This document shows, piece by piece, positions 34,849 to 49,800 of a stretch of DNA of 64,000 nucleotides (the first letter of the stretch is position 1; the number at the start of each line of letters is the position of its first letter). A program made the translations under genes and the position numbers. Below the pieces are notes generated by a model. The model ran no database searches and was not told the origin of the DNA. It worked only from the letters and a program-made list of their open reading frames with translations. Source of the DNA: Chrysemys picta bellii (Eukaryota); the NCBI RefSeq assembly GCF_011386835.1, contig NC_088805.1, positions 27,962,001-28,026,000 of the forward strand. Reading direction: 5' to 3'.

Positions 34849-37800
34849 CTGAACATTTATAGAGATAGTTACAAACGGGACTGGTGCTGAAAGGACAGTT
34901 TTATTCTGAACTTACCCTAGGGTCAAACTGAAGCACAGATTTCAGTCAAATTACTAAGTGATATGGAGCTGTGGATAGAGCACTGAATGGGTTTTATTTC
35001 TGGCTCTGCCAGTGACCTTAGGCAAGTCACTACCTCTCTGTGGCTCAGTTTCCCTATTGTAAAATGGAGATAATACCTCCTTTGTAAATACTATGAGATT
35101 TACTGATGAAAAGGGCTATACATTACAAGAGCTAGGAATTATTTCTACCACCTTAGGGCAACGCTCAAAGGCAGCTCTCTCTACTGAAGCTGGGAAGATA
35201 ATATACCAAGAATTACTAATCAAATGAACTGTACGGATGGATGCTGTCAGTCACTACATCAGACTCTGTAAGTGAATTTAACAGGAGAACTGTCCCAGAC
35301 TAATCAAGTTACTCCAAAGAAGCTCACGCTTTTTTTGAAGGCCAGTAGGTAACTGCTGCCTCTCTTCAAAGTGGGGTCCTGGGAGCATCTTTAAAACTTC
35401 TTCTATGCTACGCCAGCCTGGGCGAGCGAGCAGCTGTGCCAGACGCACACTTAATGGAGCATAGCCACTGTACACGTATGAAATATCATTTGGATTCTGT
35501 AGGAGGGAAATGAAGAGCAGTGGAGTTTTCTACTGAAAAGTGACACTTCAGCATATTAAAATCCATGCAAATGTACAAGCTGTCCCCCCCGCCCCCATCT
35601 GTGTCCATTTTCCAACTGGTCTGCCTATTGATAGAAGTATTCAGTTTACCTGTTCATTAACATCGTCCATCCACAGCCGCATGGTTTTCCTGATTGTTGG
35701 GTAGTTGTTTCTACTGCTTGTCTGAAGTTTTAAGAGTCCAGCCTTTTCCAGATTGTTTAAGGTCAATATATGTTCATAGCCGTAAGTCTGTAACATGAGG
35801 ATTTTGCCTTTACTGTAGTACTGTCATTTATACATCAAGAGCAAGTTCTTAAACATCACTTGGTTTTATTTCTAACACTAGACACTAACCAAACAACTGA
35901 ATGAAGTTTGAAATCTATAGACAAGACACTGTCAAGGTTTGCAAGACAATAGCAGACATTTTAAATAGTGAATTCAATTAAACACTGATTTTAGGGACAC
36001 GGTTTCAAAACAACTCATAGGGGAACAAGTGAGAGTGTGTAAAGTTAAAATGAACGTTTACAAATGCCTTTTTGCAGACAGAAAGCATGACTGTGGGCCA
36101 AAACAAAATGATATGCATGTTTTAAATATGTTTAAATATATTTCACAGTTAAAAAAATTAAAGAAAACAGGATAGTGATTAAACACGGGTAGGCCTTGAT
36201 CTTGTGACGTTTTACACATGTGAATAGTCCTATTTAACTCAATAGGATCACTCATGTAAGCACAGATATGTATGGTGTGCAAATCTTTCCAAGATTGAGG
36301 CCTTAATTTGCAAGGAATATCCACATTATTAGTGAAACAATTCTAGCCTGACCTGGAGAATCTCTCGTTTATAATGGTCCAACACCTTCTGCTTGAGTCC
36401 ACTATTACACACGGACTGCAGGCAAACCAGCCTTAATATCTTGATCAGTGGATGTTTTTGAGCAATGCAATCTTCAGTGTAATTGTTGACCTATAAAGAA
36501 ACAGACATCCAAGCGGTCGACCAAAATCCTAGGTTAGGATTTTAACAGAGCTGAAAAGAAAAGCTGGTTTTGCTTTGAACAGCAAAGCGAAGATAATGTT
36601 CTCGGAAGATGCTTTTACCGCCTTGTCCATCACGATGGGAAGGGATCACAGCAGCTACATAAGCAGCTTAGCTATTTGCAAAATAGCTTTGTAGCATTGG
36701 TGGTTCCAATTAACATGCCTTGTAAATGGTGTTAACAATGGATATCTATGATCCCATTGGATACACTGGAAGTGTTTTGCAAACTCTCATCCTTGATTCC
36801 CCACCCACCCCCGTATCATTAGAGCACTATACAAGTCAAAGCGCAGAGCACTGAAGCAGTGTCAACAGTCGCCAGTGCTGCACTATATGCAGCAGAACCA
36901 CAGCACTGGAACGGTGACCTTCGTCTCCCCGTGCCTGACAGAAAATGCAGGATAGCAACTGTCGCCCAGCCACACCAAGAGACAGACAGGAGGCCACGGA
37001 GGCAGTTTAATTAGGTTGTAACTTGATTCACTTTAATGTCCAGGAGAATCTGACAAATTGTACAATGCAGGGAGGAGGGGATGGGCTCCCCGCTGATGCA
37101 GATGTCGGAGCCCCCTATACTCAGCTCCCATAAAGGATATTTTCCTTCTGATCCTTTCCCAATCCAATTGATCTGATAAGCCTATCCCTTCCATAGCGAG
37201 TACCTGCACTGGACATCTGCTACAAGTTTTACATATAAGTTGCGACATGATAACCTAACCCTCTATTCCACCCCCTCGGTCCTCTGATCAGCTGTGTGGA
37301 AGGTGAAAAAAAAAAAAAAAAACAAAAAACCACACCATGCCTTGGCCAATCTGGCAGTGAGGGGAAATTCCTTCCCAGCCCCCCCAGAAAAGAGGCAACT
37401 AGAGTAATGGCCACAGTGTTTCAAAAGCAAACCTGGTCCTAGTCAAAGTACATTGATAGGTAGGTAGGTGGGAGCTTCCAGCCAGATCCTCATAAAGAGG
37501 CCCTTGTCTTGGCTACGTGGGGTATAAATACCTCTCCCAGTCAGCAGGAAGGGCAATACACTTATCTTGGCCTGGCACCAACTGGATCCTGCCCTCCCTG
37601 TCCATCGCTGTAAGTTTTCCTCCTTTTTGGCCCTGTTACAAGGGAGCCCATAAAGGGGCAAAGCCCCTTTTCGTCCAACTCGCCAGACCAAGACACACTT
37701 ATAAAAAGCCTACTTAAATTGTGCCCTCTGCATCCTAAGTGGTATGCACCACTTGGAAAGAACGTCTCCAAAAGGCACAAGGAACACACTAAAAGTTTTC

Positions 37801-40800
37801 AAGACTGGCATCAAATCAGAGGCAGCCATTGTCTAGGTTTCTCTGTATTAACACCCCCTCCCACCAACCTTTTTGATAGGTGTTCTAGGAGACTGTAGTT
37901 AGAAGATAATAATCATGTAAAGGCAAGATCTTGCTCGCCACCCACCTTGTCAGTGTCTATTCCTGACATGAACTCTTGTTCCACTGTTAAATTATCAAAG
38001 AAATCTTCTGATGCTAAAAAAAAAAGTCAATAAATTAGTAAGTTGGTACTTAAACATAAGGGTCAGTTTATCTGTGTATTAAATGGCATCAGCAGAGTTG
38101 CCCAAGTATAAATAAGGCCAGAATTTTGCTTCTGGTGTCTGAATTTATGAAATCAGCAAAGTTGTATCTTTGGCTGCAAGACAAACACAAGATCGACTGT
38201 AGGTGGAATACTGAAAAGGATACTTACTAGTAATGTCTTTGATTAGCTCTGCAATCGAGGTATGGTTTGCTAGAGAACTTCTTGCTGCCTGCATGTGTGG
38301 CAGTTGTGAAACGAACTGCTTGATCTCCCCAACTGTTTTAGCATGGTGTCTTTCCTAAAAAGACAGCAATTATAGTTTAGAGCTTATTCATTACAATAAT
38401 CAACGTCTGCTAAATCATTTAATCAAAAGGTGTGTTTCTGTCTGTTTAGTTCTGTACTATGTTCATTGCTTTAAGAAAAATGGAAAGTAGTGAGCTTCAC
38501 TACACAATACTGTAATTTTGCAACACTGATCAGTTACCTTCAGTAACATGTGACCTTTCAGACAGACAGCGTTTACAAAAATATATTGTTTCCTAGAACA
38601 GCACTGTTCATCAGTTTATAAAGCTGTTGTGTAAATGCACCATGAGAAAAACACCATTGGCATCAGAGTGATATCTTATTTTACAAGAGAGGCTGCTAAC
38701 CACATTTCTCTGTGCAATTACATTAAAATAGTACAGCATCTTGCACTCCTACTGCCTTCCATCCAAGGATCCCAAAGTACTTCTCAAATGTTTGTTAAGC
38801 AAGCCCCAATCGCCCTCTGAGGTTGGAAAGTATTACTATCCCCATTTCACAGATAGGGATTCTGAGGCCCACAAAAAGTGAAGTTTTATTTCCTTTGGTA
38901 GATGAGAGGAGTGGCTGCTGATCCTCCACACAAATACATCTAGTAGTATCATGAGATTCAAGATCTTAACATTAAGTGTCACTGGACTTGAGATGCAGTC
39001 ACTGTGACATACTATTTCAAGAGTATAGACACTGTAGCTGCCCTGCAGGGAGTAAAATCCCTAGGATGATAAGGTAACATACAGTATATATTAAACCAAT
39101 CTTACAAAATTCTACTGACCCATTTACTCGGGTGGGTCTTTTTTTTGACAGGCATGTAAAATATTAGCTTAAATTCTTATCTTTATTTCTGTCAAATATA
39201 AGGAGAATCCTTGGAGAAAGCAGAAAGAAAAGGAGATTGCAGATGTCTCACTGCTCTCCTTAGTTCTAGTTTAGAAGAGATTAAAAATCTTATGCAACAG
39301 TTTCAAACGTTTCAGGGATCTGCAATTTGCAAAGCGCTGCCTTAAACACTTTAAAAGCTACATTTGAAGGGCTGTAAAGGGAAGAGGCAAAGGAAACCAC
39401 AAAGATGGGACCCGGGTTGAAAGATATTACAATATTCTATCAATGGGTAGTAGAGAGTATAAAACTTCACGTTCATTAGAGAGCTGGACAAGATGGCGTA
39501 AGGAGGCAGGTTTAGTGGTTAAAGCAGGGACTGGGTCAGAAATATGGGGCATTCTGGTGCTGGTACTGCCACTACCACTAACTTGTTGCCTGACTGATGG
39601 TTAACCATGTTATCCAGCTTCACCATGCTTCAGTTTCCCCACCTGCAAAACAGGGAGAACACACACCTCTCTTGCAGGGTATAAGACTTAACTAGCATTT
39701 GTGAAGCTCTCAGCTCCTCAGATGAAAGCTGTCAGAGAAGCGTGAAGTGTTTGGCGCACCCTGAGGAAGGGGAACAGAGAGCATTTTCCCCTCTCTCCAA
39801 AACTGAATAGCAGCCTATTTATTTTGAAACAACTTTTAAAATAAGTCCCAATCGTTAAAGTCCGCCCCAAGCAATCTAGAAAACCTGGTCTGATGAAGCA
39901 CAGACCTCTATGAATTCTCTAATCCGAACAATCCGGACATTTGTGTTTCACCCAGTCAACCTATTCACATCTTGTCACAACGAATACAAAAGGAAGCTTT
40001 CTAAAAAGTTATCTTGACTAAAATGTAAACTATACAAATGGGCAAGTACAGGCAGGAGAGTGATAATGAAGTCTGCAATTTACAAGCCCTTCGCTGCCAA
40101 AGTACTGCTGTTTCATTATCACCTATTACATCTGACAATCTCTCATCTCTTACCTCCCTTCCAGTGTGAAGTATTTTAATCTTTGGGAGCTTCCAACATG
40201 AATACGCCAGTAAGGGTCTATTACTGCAAGTCAAACCTGAATGCACAATTTAGATTGATATATGGTACATCTAACTGGCCTTAAGATTGGCAGAAATGAT
40301 TAAAAGCAGAGGGAAGGAACACAAAACTATTAACTCACTGTCAGCACAGCAGGTCACACAGTTAAGCACGGCCTGACTTCTTTGGTTTCCTCGTTTTGCG
40401 TGTGTATTTGTTTTTAAAAGCGGGGGGCAGAGGGAGGGAAGAAGAGTGTTCAATTCCACAGCTAATGGGCAACAGCTGACAGGCCAACTGGAGTCTCACT
40501 GTTGGTAAACTGCACACCTGTAATAGGTGCCAATTGGCTAAGAGGCAACTAGTGTCTATTAGTCCTTAGCCATGTACACTCTTATTATTGTGTATTTGAC
40601 TGTGGCAGCAGCTAGAAGCTGTCAGGATCCCATTGTTGTGTGTACAAAATCTAGCACAAAGATGGCCCAGTCCCAAAGAGCTTGCAGTTGAAGAAATCCT
40701 TAAACCAGCATAAGCGCCTCCCATGCTCTAGCCAGTCCTCCACTGGTCTTGTGCCCCACTCCTCCAATTGCTATTTCTTTGGTTTTCCTAAAGGAGGGAG

Positions 40801-43800
40801 GATGATCCAGTCACTCAGATTAAATTCCCTGCTATGTCTCCGACTTTCTGTGGGACTGTGACACCTGTACCCCGTGTTCACCACTTGTACATGGTTAGGA
40901 TATCTTTTGTGCAAAGTATGCCTCACCCAGTTGAAATGTGTGAAACAAACAGCATGTAAAATTATGAAATTTTGCTATATGATTGTTACTGAAACATGTG
41001 CTTCTGGGTAACAGCCACAAACCAATTTCTCAGAGACAGACACCCTAGCACGCCAAAGTACTAAGGAGTCATTACCGGCTTAATCGGACATTCTCCAGTG
41101 GTGGTGGTGGGGGAGTTGTAAACAAGAAATTTACAATTCATCTGAAGGACAGTTTGGAGCTCACGTATGCAATGGAACTTCCTGGCCCCATGACTCAGCA
41201 AGGATTTTTTCAGTGCAAAGGGTTGGGGGTATAAGAAGGGGAGAAAAGTGTCCCTAGCCACCCTTTCCATCTCTCTGCTGCTGAGAGCAACAACTCTGAA
41301 AGAACTGAACAAAGCGGGGGAGCGGTCCCAGGCCAACCTGTGAAATGTATTGCAGCACATAGTGAGACAGACCTTTTGCTTTTAAGCCTATTAGCCTCGG
41401 TAAAGTTTAGGAATTAACTGGTGTTTATCCTTTTATTTCTTTTGTAACCAATTCTGACTTCTAGGTGACAAGTGATAAGACCTATCTTCCTCTAGTTAAT
41501 AAACTTGTTTTACTGTTTTATTTAAACCAGTGTGTTTTGTTGAATTACTTGGGAATCTCTACTTAAGGGTCAACAAGCCTGGTGCGTAATTACCCATTGT
41601 TGGAGTGATGAATTATCTATGAGCATGTCCAGTCCAGTGGGCTACTAAGCAGTACAAGACGCACATGTCTGGGGAGCAAGGCTTGGGCTGAGGGATATGC
41701 AGGTGTGGCCCTGTGTGTAATTCATGGATGGCTGGGCCTAGCAGTCACATGCTCAGCTGGGAGGGACTTTGCCTGCTGGTGGCAGAGTGAGCATGCCTGC
41801 ACACGCTGTTGTTCATCAGGAAAGGAGTATAAAAAGCATCCCAGGCTGGACAGCTAAGGGGCACGGCAGTCTAGCGGTTCAGACTGCACCTTGCCGAAAG
41901 TCACTGTGACGTTCCCCAAGTCACTTAGGGTGAAATCCTGTTGCCACGGAAGTCAAAGGAAGTTTTGTCAGTGACTTCAGTAGGGCCAGGATTTCACTCT
42001 TTGTGGCTCAGTTCCCCATCTGTACAATGGGGATAACAGCATGGTTCTACTTCCCAGGGGTGCTGTGAGGATAAACACACTCCAGATTTTGAGGTGTGCA
42101 AATACTATGATAATGAGCGTAATATAAATATTAAGTCTGATTTCGATTGTAAGCTCTTTTGGGCAGGGACAAGTCTTTATTTCTGGTATTTTTATGAAGC
42201 ACCTGGCATGCTGGGTGGTGCTATAAAGTTAATAATAATGAGGCTTTAGATTAGTTTAAGATGCTTAAGCTACTTTAAGACCCTAAAGAGTTTTAAAGTG
42301 GAGATGAGCTCAAGCCAAAACCTAGAATCTGAACCACCACTAACTATGGGACAGTCTGGATCCCATGTGATCAGTTTACTGAAAACTACTAGGGAAGTAA
42401 AATGCCAAAGGCTACATTCATGTAATATTAAGGTTAGGCATTGGAAGGGGTATTAGTGGATCTTAGCCTTGTTTCATGCTCAAATCTGCAGAGCAGTCAG
42501 ACCCAACTCTCCACCTAGAAGGAGCAGACTGCCCAGATGACCTGCGACTGGGCGGTACAGCGGTGTATACGTCCTTTACCTCAAAGGCTGCAGATATGAT
42601 TTTGGCTTTCTTGCTTAGCACCGACCCCACAGCGTTGAAGTTCTTGTCTCGAATTTCAGCATACAGCTCCTCGGCAGAATTCAGCTGAAGCTTCTTCGGT
42701 TCCGTGGGGAGATCCTTGCCACCCTCACCCTGCTTCTTAGGAGCAAACTTTTCAGGAGGGAGTTTCACATAAGCTACCAACACAGCAAGAAAAGAAATGA
42801 CAAATTAGAGCTCAAACCCCAGTACTTAAACTGACCAACCCACCAACACTTTTCCCCAAGCAAGAGGCAACCCTAGCTTAGTGTAAACACCCACACTACA
42901 ACTTGGAAAAAGTGTTACTACAGACAAGATGATTTCCCCTAATTCGAAAGGGTAGAAATTCCTACTAGCTATATGTAAACAAAGAGGCCTATACAGAGAT
43001 CTAGATAGGACCAGAGAGATGCCTTCTGCTCACCCTCATCAATACATTAGGTGGAAGTTACCAGCTCCACGAGCTTCTGGCCCTACAGTTTTCATGATCC
43101 CATGAAAAGTGCCCTGGGATCACTAATGTCCATGTACAGCTGACATCCCACGGACTCACACATAGCGAAGAGCATTGTGCTCAATTCCTCTTCTTGGGAA
43201 GGATGAAGCACTGAGCTCACCTTGTTGGGATTGAAACCAGGGTTTCAAATTACCTCAGGCAACTAAGCCACCCCTTTGTAGGTTCAGCTAAATTATTCTC
43301 ACCTTCATCCCAAATTCCACTTGGCACCTGCACTTTATTCTAGCACTCAGGAATTTTATTCTACTCCACTAGTTTCACGGTCCATGTTTTGCTGCACTTA
43401 CTATTTTGAATTCCATATATTTCATCAATAAGGCCTTCGTATGTAAGCTGAGTAGCTAGAGGCGACAACAGGTCTACATTGCGGTCAAGCAACAAGAGAG
43501 TATCAAAGACGGGAAATATTGAGTTCTGGCCTCCAGGGAACTCTCGCTTCATCCTGATCATCATGTTAGCCACATGCTGGAAATAAAATATTTGGTTCGT
43601 TATGGCTCAGAGCATGAAGGGTGACTATGATAACTAGCTTTAGAGACATATGATGTACAAAGACAGGGAAAGAAGCGCATGTTTAAGAAGTAAACGGGAG
43701 GAGAGGCAAGCTATGTAACTGGTACAAATGGAGGAAGGGCCATTAAGAAACAAACCAAACTATTCTTCGACAAAACTTGCTAGTTTAGTCTGACAGAATG

Positions 43801-46800
43801 GTCACAGAACCTGAACTCTGCATTCAGTTCCAGATGCCTCCTTACCGAAAGAGGTATTTATGAACTGCACGGAGTTCAGAGAAGAACAAAAATGATCTGG
43901 TAAGAGGGACTGAATTATGGGAGAGAGCAAAAGGACACAACACACGTAACTTGACTAAGTGATGAATAAAGATGAAGGTATATAAACCCTTTAGCTATCA
44001 GTTAACCTCCTTGGTTAACTCCAAGGAGGGAGGGGAATTATTTAGAGTGGTTAAGAGAGTCTAACTAGGAGAAAAGGGATTAAGTTAGGTCAAATATCAA
44101 GGAATCTTCTTGACAGTGAAATCTATTGTCTGTGGAACTGTCTCCCATCGGAAGGCGTGCAAGCCCGACTGCTTGGGATATTTAAATTAAATTACACAAA
44201 GCGCTAAAGAGGTACAGCAGACAACATTCATGCATTGGTCAGGGTCAATAGGTCTTTATCAACTCTAATTTACTCCTAGATTCATGGACTTGAAGTCAGA
44301 AGGGACCATCGCGATCACGTAGTCTGACCTCCTGCACACTGCAGGCCACAAAACCTCACCCACAAATTGCTGGGATTCCAACAGCATAGTGTTCATGAAA
44401 ACCAAGTGAACAGGACAAACTCCAGTGAAATACAGACATACATAACACCACCACATGTCAGCCTCTCAGCAGCCAGCTGACTTTCCCCGGGGAGGGGAAG
44501 AAGATATCTGGGCAGGCAAAAAGAACGGTAGGGAACATACTTATAAACACGTTCCTTTAGGGGAGCGGGGCTCGTGAGAGTAAAACCTGCAGTGACAGAT
44601 TGACTGGGAATTGTTTCAACCAATAGGAGCCCAAGCAGCAAAATGCAGCTCTCGACCCACAGTATCAATAAACCCAACACACATTAGCAGCAGCTACAAA
44701 AACAACCACCACCAAAAACAAAAGGATTTATCGTCTTAGAAACACAGATGTTTTAAATTTGTTTTACCCGTGCACAATCCCCCTTCCCGAAGATCTGTGG
44801 GATAGTTCCATAGAGTGCCTGTAAGGTCATCAGCCCCTTGGCTGCATGGTACAGACTTGTCTGGTCATTCTCCAAGTAACACTCCTAAATGACAGGGAAA
44901 GGAAGGTTACAGAAACAGAGGATATTTAATTAGCCTGATCTTAAAAGTAGAACCTGGCTGAATTGGATGGCTTGAAGGATTGCTAAAAGGATACAGAGCC
45001 TTTCACCTTCAGATCACCGGTTCAAATCTGGCCCAAGTATCAGTCATCCAAAGTCATTACTTGCTATTGCTAACGGCTGCTCAGTGAGCACTAGGACACC
45101 AGTTTGTGCTTCAGTGCAGGCCCCAGCGGACAAGCACGCAGGTCACAAAACCATCATTACAGTCAGCACTAGCTGTCAGACTGAAGGGTTGTCTGTATGA
45201 ACAGCGAGTGCACAACGAGCTAGGGTGTAAATCTACCCCACACTAACCTGCTGCGCACCAACTGTCCATAAGGACCCTGTTACCACGCACTAAAAGTTCC
45301 CCGGTGAGCTTTGATCTACCTCACTTTCAAAGCTAGTGCGCAGTAGATGTATTCCCCAGCTTGCCCTGCACCAATTGTTTGTATATACAAACCCACAGAC
45401 GACATTCCAGGAGTGAATGAACTATGGAGACTAAGCTAGGCCTTCCTGCCTTCTACATGTGGTCAGGGTTGAGGACTCTTTCCCCGCCTCCTTCCCTCCC
45501 GCCCCCCCATACATGTTCTGTGGTTAAATAGGACAGTGAGCTCCAGCAATGCCAACTAGGGAGGTTTCCAGCACTAAACTCACTTTAAAAAGTGAGTCAG
45601 AACATGAAAGTGATTGCTACAGCTCACCATGCTATTTAACCGTCCTTACAGTCCACATAGAGCATTGCCGTGCAGGCTGGTTGTTTAGAGACATGCACAG
45701 AACAAACAAAAATTCAGTGTGTGAGAAAAAATGACCCTGAGATTAAGGAGAGAGACCTTAACAGTGAGAAGAATTCAAGAGGAGGGGGACGATTACAGCT
45801 GGTGCCTGGAACTACGAGTAGTTTGATTACTCCTCCTGGACAAACTGCTGCTGTGACACACCAGCCGGCAGTCCAGCAACAGGACTGCAAAGCAGCAACT
45901 TTCATGTGTGCCAGCAACAAGGGGAGCTGGATTCACAAGCAGCACAACTCCGCATCCTGGGGCTCTATCTGCTCAGAGCGATTAGAGTCAATAATGACTA
46001 TTGGGGAACTGTTAGGAGATCAAAGCCGTTATTTTCGAAGTCTCTAGCCAATGTGTTGCTCCTAATTTAATGCAGCAGAGTAACAGAGCTGAAACAACAA
46101 ATCTCTTTCCTGTGACTTGGTCAATTAGAAAATGTGTCACCAAGCTGGCAAGTTTTATCATGTCCGGACATCCTCTCTGCTGCTCACACAGGGATAGATT
46201 CAATACACTAACAAGGGGAGATGGCTAAAGAAAGCCTCACACGGACTTAATGGCACTACGTGTGATATGCTGGCAATGCAGGATATATACCCAGCACTGT
46301 TGCCCATCTTAAAACAAGTGTTAAGTCTTTGCACTGCTCTGGGGTGACACACCCTAACAATTACAATTTACCCTTCTGTAGCATATTTGACACAGGAAGC
46401 TTCAAGTTCTTTATAAAGATTAGTTATTTAAGCCTCACAAATCCTGTTCACACAAGTATTACCCCATTATACAGATGGGAAAACTGACACAGCCTGGTGA
46501 AGCGATGGGTCCTCGGGTGCATCGTGGCATTCAGAAACAGACCGCAGGAGTTCCGACTCCCAGTCCACTGTTCTACTAGAGTCCGACCACATTCGCTCTG
46601 TAACTCCTTTTATTGCCCTGTGGCTAGTTGGTCTGAAAAGTGCTTTGAGATCTTTGGATGACGGATGCAACACAAACATGCAAAGTATCTTTTTCCTCAA
46701 GGCATAAATCAGCACTTACTTTAAATGCACTTTCAGACTCCATGGATAGCAAGTCTCCATCAAACGGAATGAGGTCCAAACTGTACTGTTCTCTATGAAT

Positions 46801-49800
46801 GAAGGATCCCAGAACGCCCTGATCCTTCAGCCGTTGCTCGCACAATAGGCTGCGACGGGGCACAAACAAGATGTGGAAGTCCCGCAGCGGAGAGCGAACT
46901 CTGTCTTCACTGGAAGAGAATCAGCTTAAGTTGTCATAAGCATGATCACCGTAACACAGTATATACTGACCTTGGTTACTCAGATCGGCAATACAGAAGA
47001 CAAAGGGGCACTGAATGGAAGCAAGACAAAGTTCCTGATTGATACTTTCAAGTACCTTATAAATAAAGGCAACCCTACTCACAGCCTTTTATTTTGGAAT
47101 ATTTTGTACAAATCGACACCCTTACAGTGAAGGGGATGGCTCAATAGTTAAGCAGTAGGTCTGTAGGCTAAGCAGCTCAGCAATACTTATGCTGCCCAGA
47201 GCTACAGGTTCAAATCCCAAGCAGGGTTGACTTGGCCTTTATCTTTTCCAGTTGACCGTGGGTAGATCTTTCAAACAAGAACTATCTGCTCTGATGAACA
47301 TGAATGGTTCCAGAGCAATTAAAAAAACTGGAGTAGAGATTTTTCCTGGTGTCCTTAACCAAAAATGTCCCCCTCTCCATCCTGTTGCTATGCACCTGCT
47401 TCCCATCCTCCAACCCCAGGAATGATGGCAATTCAGTGATGCTGCAAGTATGGGCCAATTCTGATCCCCATCATGCCAAGTTGCGTAGCAGTTTCACACT
47501 GAAGTGAAAGATTTATTATTAGTGAGTGGGCTGAAATCTGCCCAATTTATTTCACTCATAACTTACATCTGGTATGAACCAGGGGGTGGGGGGGGGAAAC
47601 ATTAATCCCACTGCACCATCACAGCTCTGGGAAGCAGCTGTTATCTTTCCACTGAAACACCAAGTGTACCTGAGCACATTTTCAGCAATTATATCCATTA
47701 ACTCTAGCCTGGGCCTGACAAAGAAAATAATATTCTTGACATCAGCTGGGGGCAGACGGCCCGCCTTGAGGGTGAACATCTTCTCCACCTCATGTTCCTA
47801 TGAGGAGACAAAAACGGTATTCAATCAAGGTATTCAACTCCTGTTATTTTGAAAACTGGTTTCAGAAAGGGCCACATCAGCTGAAATTGAACTGCTAGTT
47901 GTTACTGTGACGCCTTATCCAAGGATAGCAACATGGATTTCATCTTCAATTTCCATATGCTGATTATGTAAATTATTAGTTTACTGCATTACACCACCAT
48001 TAAAGATGGAGGTTCTGCACATCTGGTCTGTGGGAGGCGAGTTGGCAGAAGAGCAGTAAGTGATATTCCAAAAGACAGTCTGTTCTTGAAGCACATTTTT
48101 ATTTCTCTGCTATAAGGCAACAATCTAAGACTGGCAAACCACGGTGACAGCATTGGACAGTAAGAATTAGGGTTTGAAAGGCAAAAATTAGGACAGTTTA
48201 CAGAAATTGTGCTAACAGTCTCTAGAGGCCATTGAGACTGAGGGTTCAAATAGCTTTTGAGAGTCTGAGTATTAATAAGCACAACATGAATGCCATGTAG
48301 GGCTTACCTTTAAAAGTGAGTATTGTGCAATTAATCCAAAGGGTCCTGTGAGGTACTCATCCCACACTATTGCCTAGGAAGAAAAAAAAGCCACTGAGAA
48401 AAGTCAGTTGCCACAAAGAGGAAAGAAAACCCTGTTGAAGGTGAGCTGCCCTCAGAAGCTCAAACATTTGCTTTCTGAGAAAGTGCGGATTTTAAAAGAC
48501 AGTCATGAATTAATGGGCGAATTTCAACAACCCTTTGCTCATCTCTAGTTCCTTTCATCAGAGGAGCACAACGTGCTTCATATATGCTAATTAAACCTCC
48601 CAAGAGATTTTTACTGAATAGGAAAACCATTCAGCCTTGCATCAGTGAGTCTAGCAAAGAGGAAAGGAATTGGGATGGCTGGACTCTGGGGCAAATTTGG
48701 TGCAGCTGCATTGACTATTCTGAAGACAGTGGAGTTCTACTCGGTGCAAGTACAAAACCTGACCCAGCGTCATAGTCAGCCAGTTTAGCAGGGCACCTGG
48801 TAAGAGCATTAAGTGAGCTTTCTACTTGCCCTCGTGAAGACACGTCAAAGGCAAAATTTCCTGTGCAGTGACTGGTACATGCTGGGCTCTGCCTGCCTTT
48901 CCCCACAGAGGTGGCTACATTTTAATGATGCTGCACAGCATGGACATGGTTTGCGAAGCTGCCAAGAGTCAGCAGTCCAAGCTCTTGTAACCATTTGTCA
49001 TGACCTCTTTAGCCATTGCCCAGCATGGCTGCTTTTCACTAAACTCCTGTTCTTCATGTACCACAACTCCACTCTTACCTGACTCTACCCTCACGGCCGC
49101 CTCCTCCCTCTGCCTCTCCCTATCTGTCCTCCGCTAACTCCACCTACCACTCCCTCCCAGAACCTCCTGAACTCATCTGGCCTACAGAGCAGTCCAGATG
49201 CCACAACCACACACCCTGCATGGTCTTCTGACTGTACTTGAGGCCTACAGGGCAGGGACTCATTTGCTTGGCACATTCTGACCATGGGACAGCACAGCAC
49301 TGGGGCCAGCCTTACACAATGACTCAGTTTCTAGTCTGAGTTTGCAAAGTGTTTTGGGATAATTTATTACCACTCTTGAGTGGGCCTGTGCAGTGATGTT
49401 GCCAGGAGCTCCTGAGGCTCTTCATTCCAGGGGTCCCTAGGGCGCACAGGGTCTCAAAGAAGCAGCTGGGCTGTTCCTAACATCTCTTCCTCTGCATGGA
49501 AGTGTTAGTCCCATGTGAATGCGAGTGACAGAGAAAGGAATATTCCCTATTTTAGTTTGGATGTGTTTCCATATGGGATGTTTGGATGGGGCTAGCTAAG
49601 GTCTAGAGCCCATGAGGCAAGGTGCATTTACTGGAAGTCTGAAGTGCCTGGAGATGCTGAGATAGACGGGCCTGGAAAGGGTATCAACTGTTATTGCTAG
49701 GCTGTTTATCAGGGAAAATATCTGCAGACCAGGAAGGCCCGTTTGGCATCTCAGGGCAGGGCAGGGCCGGGCCACGCCACCCCCTCCCAGGTTGTCAAAA

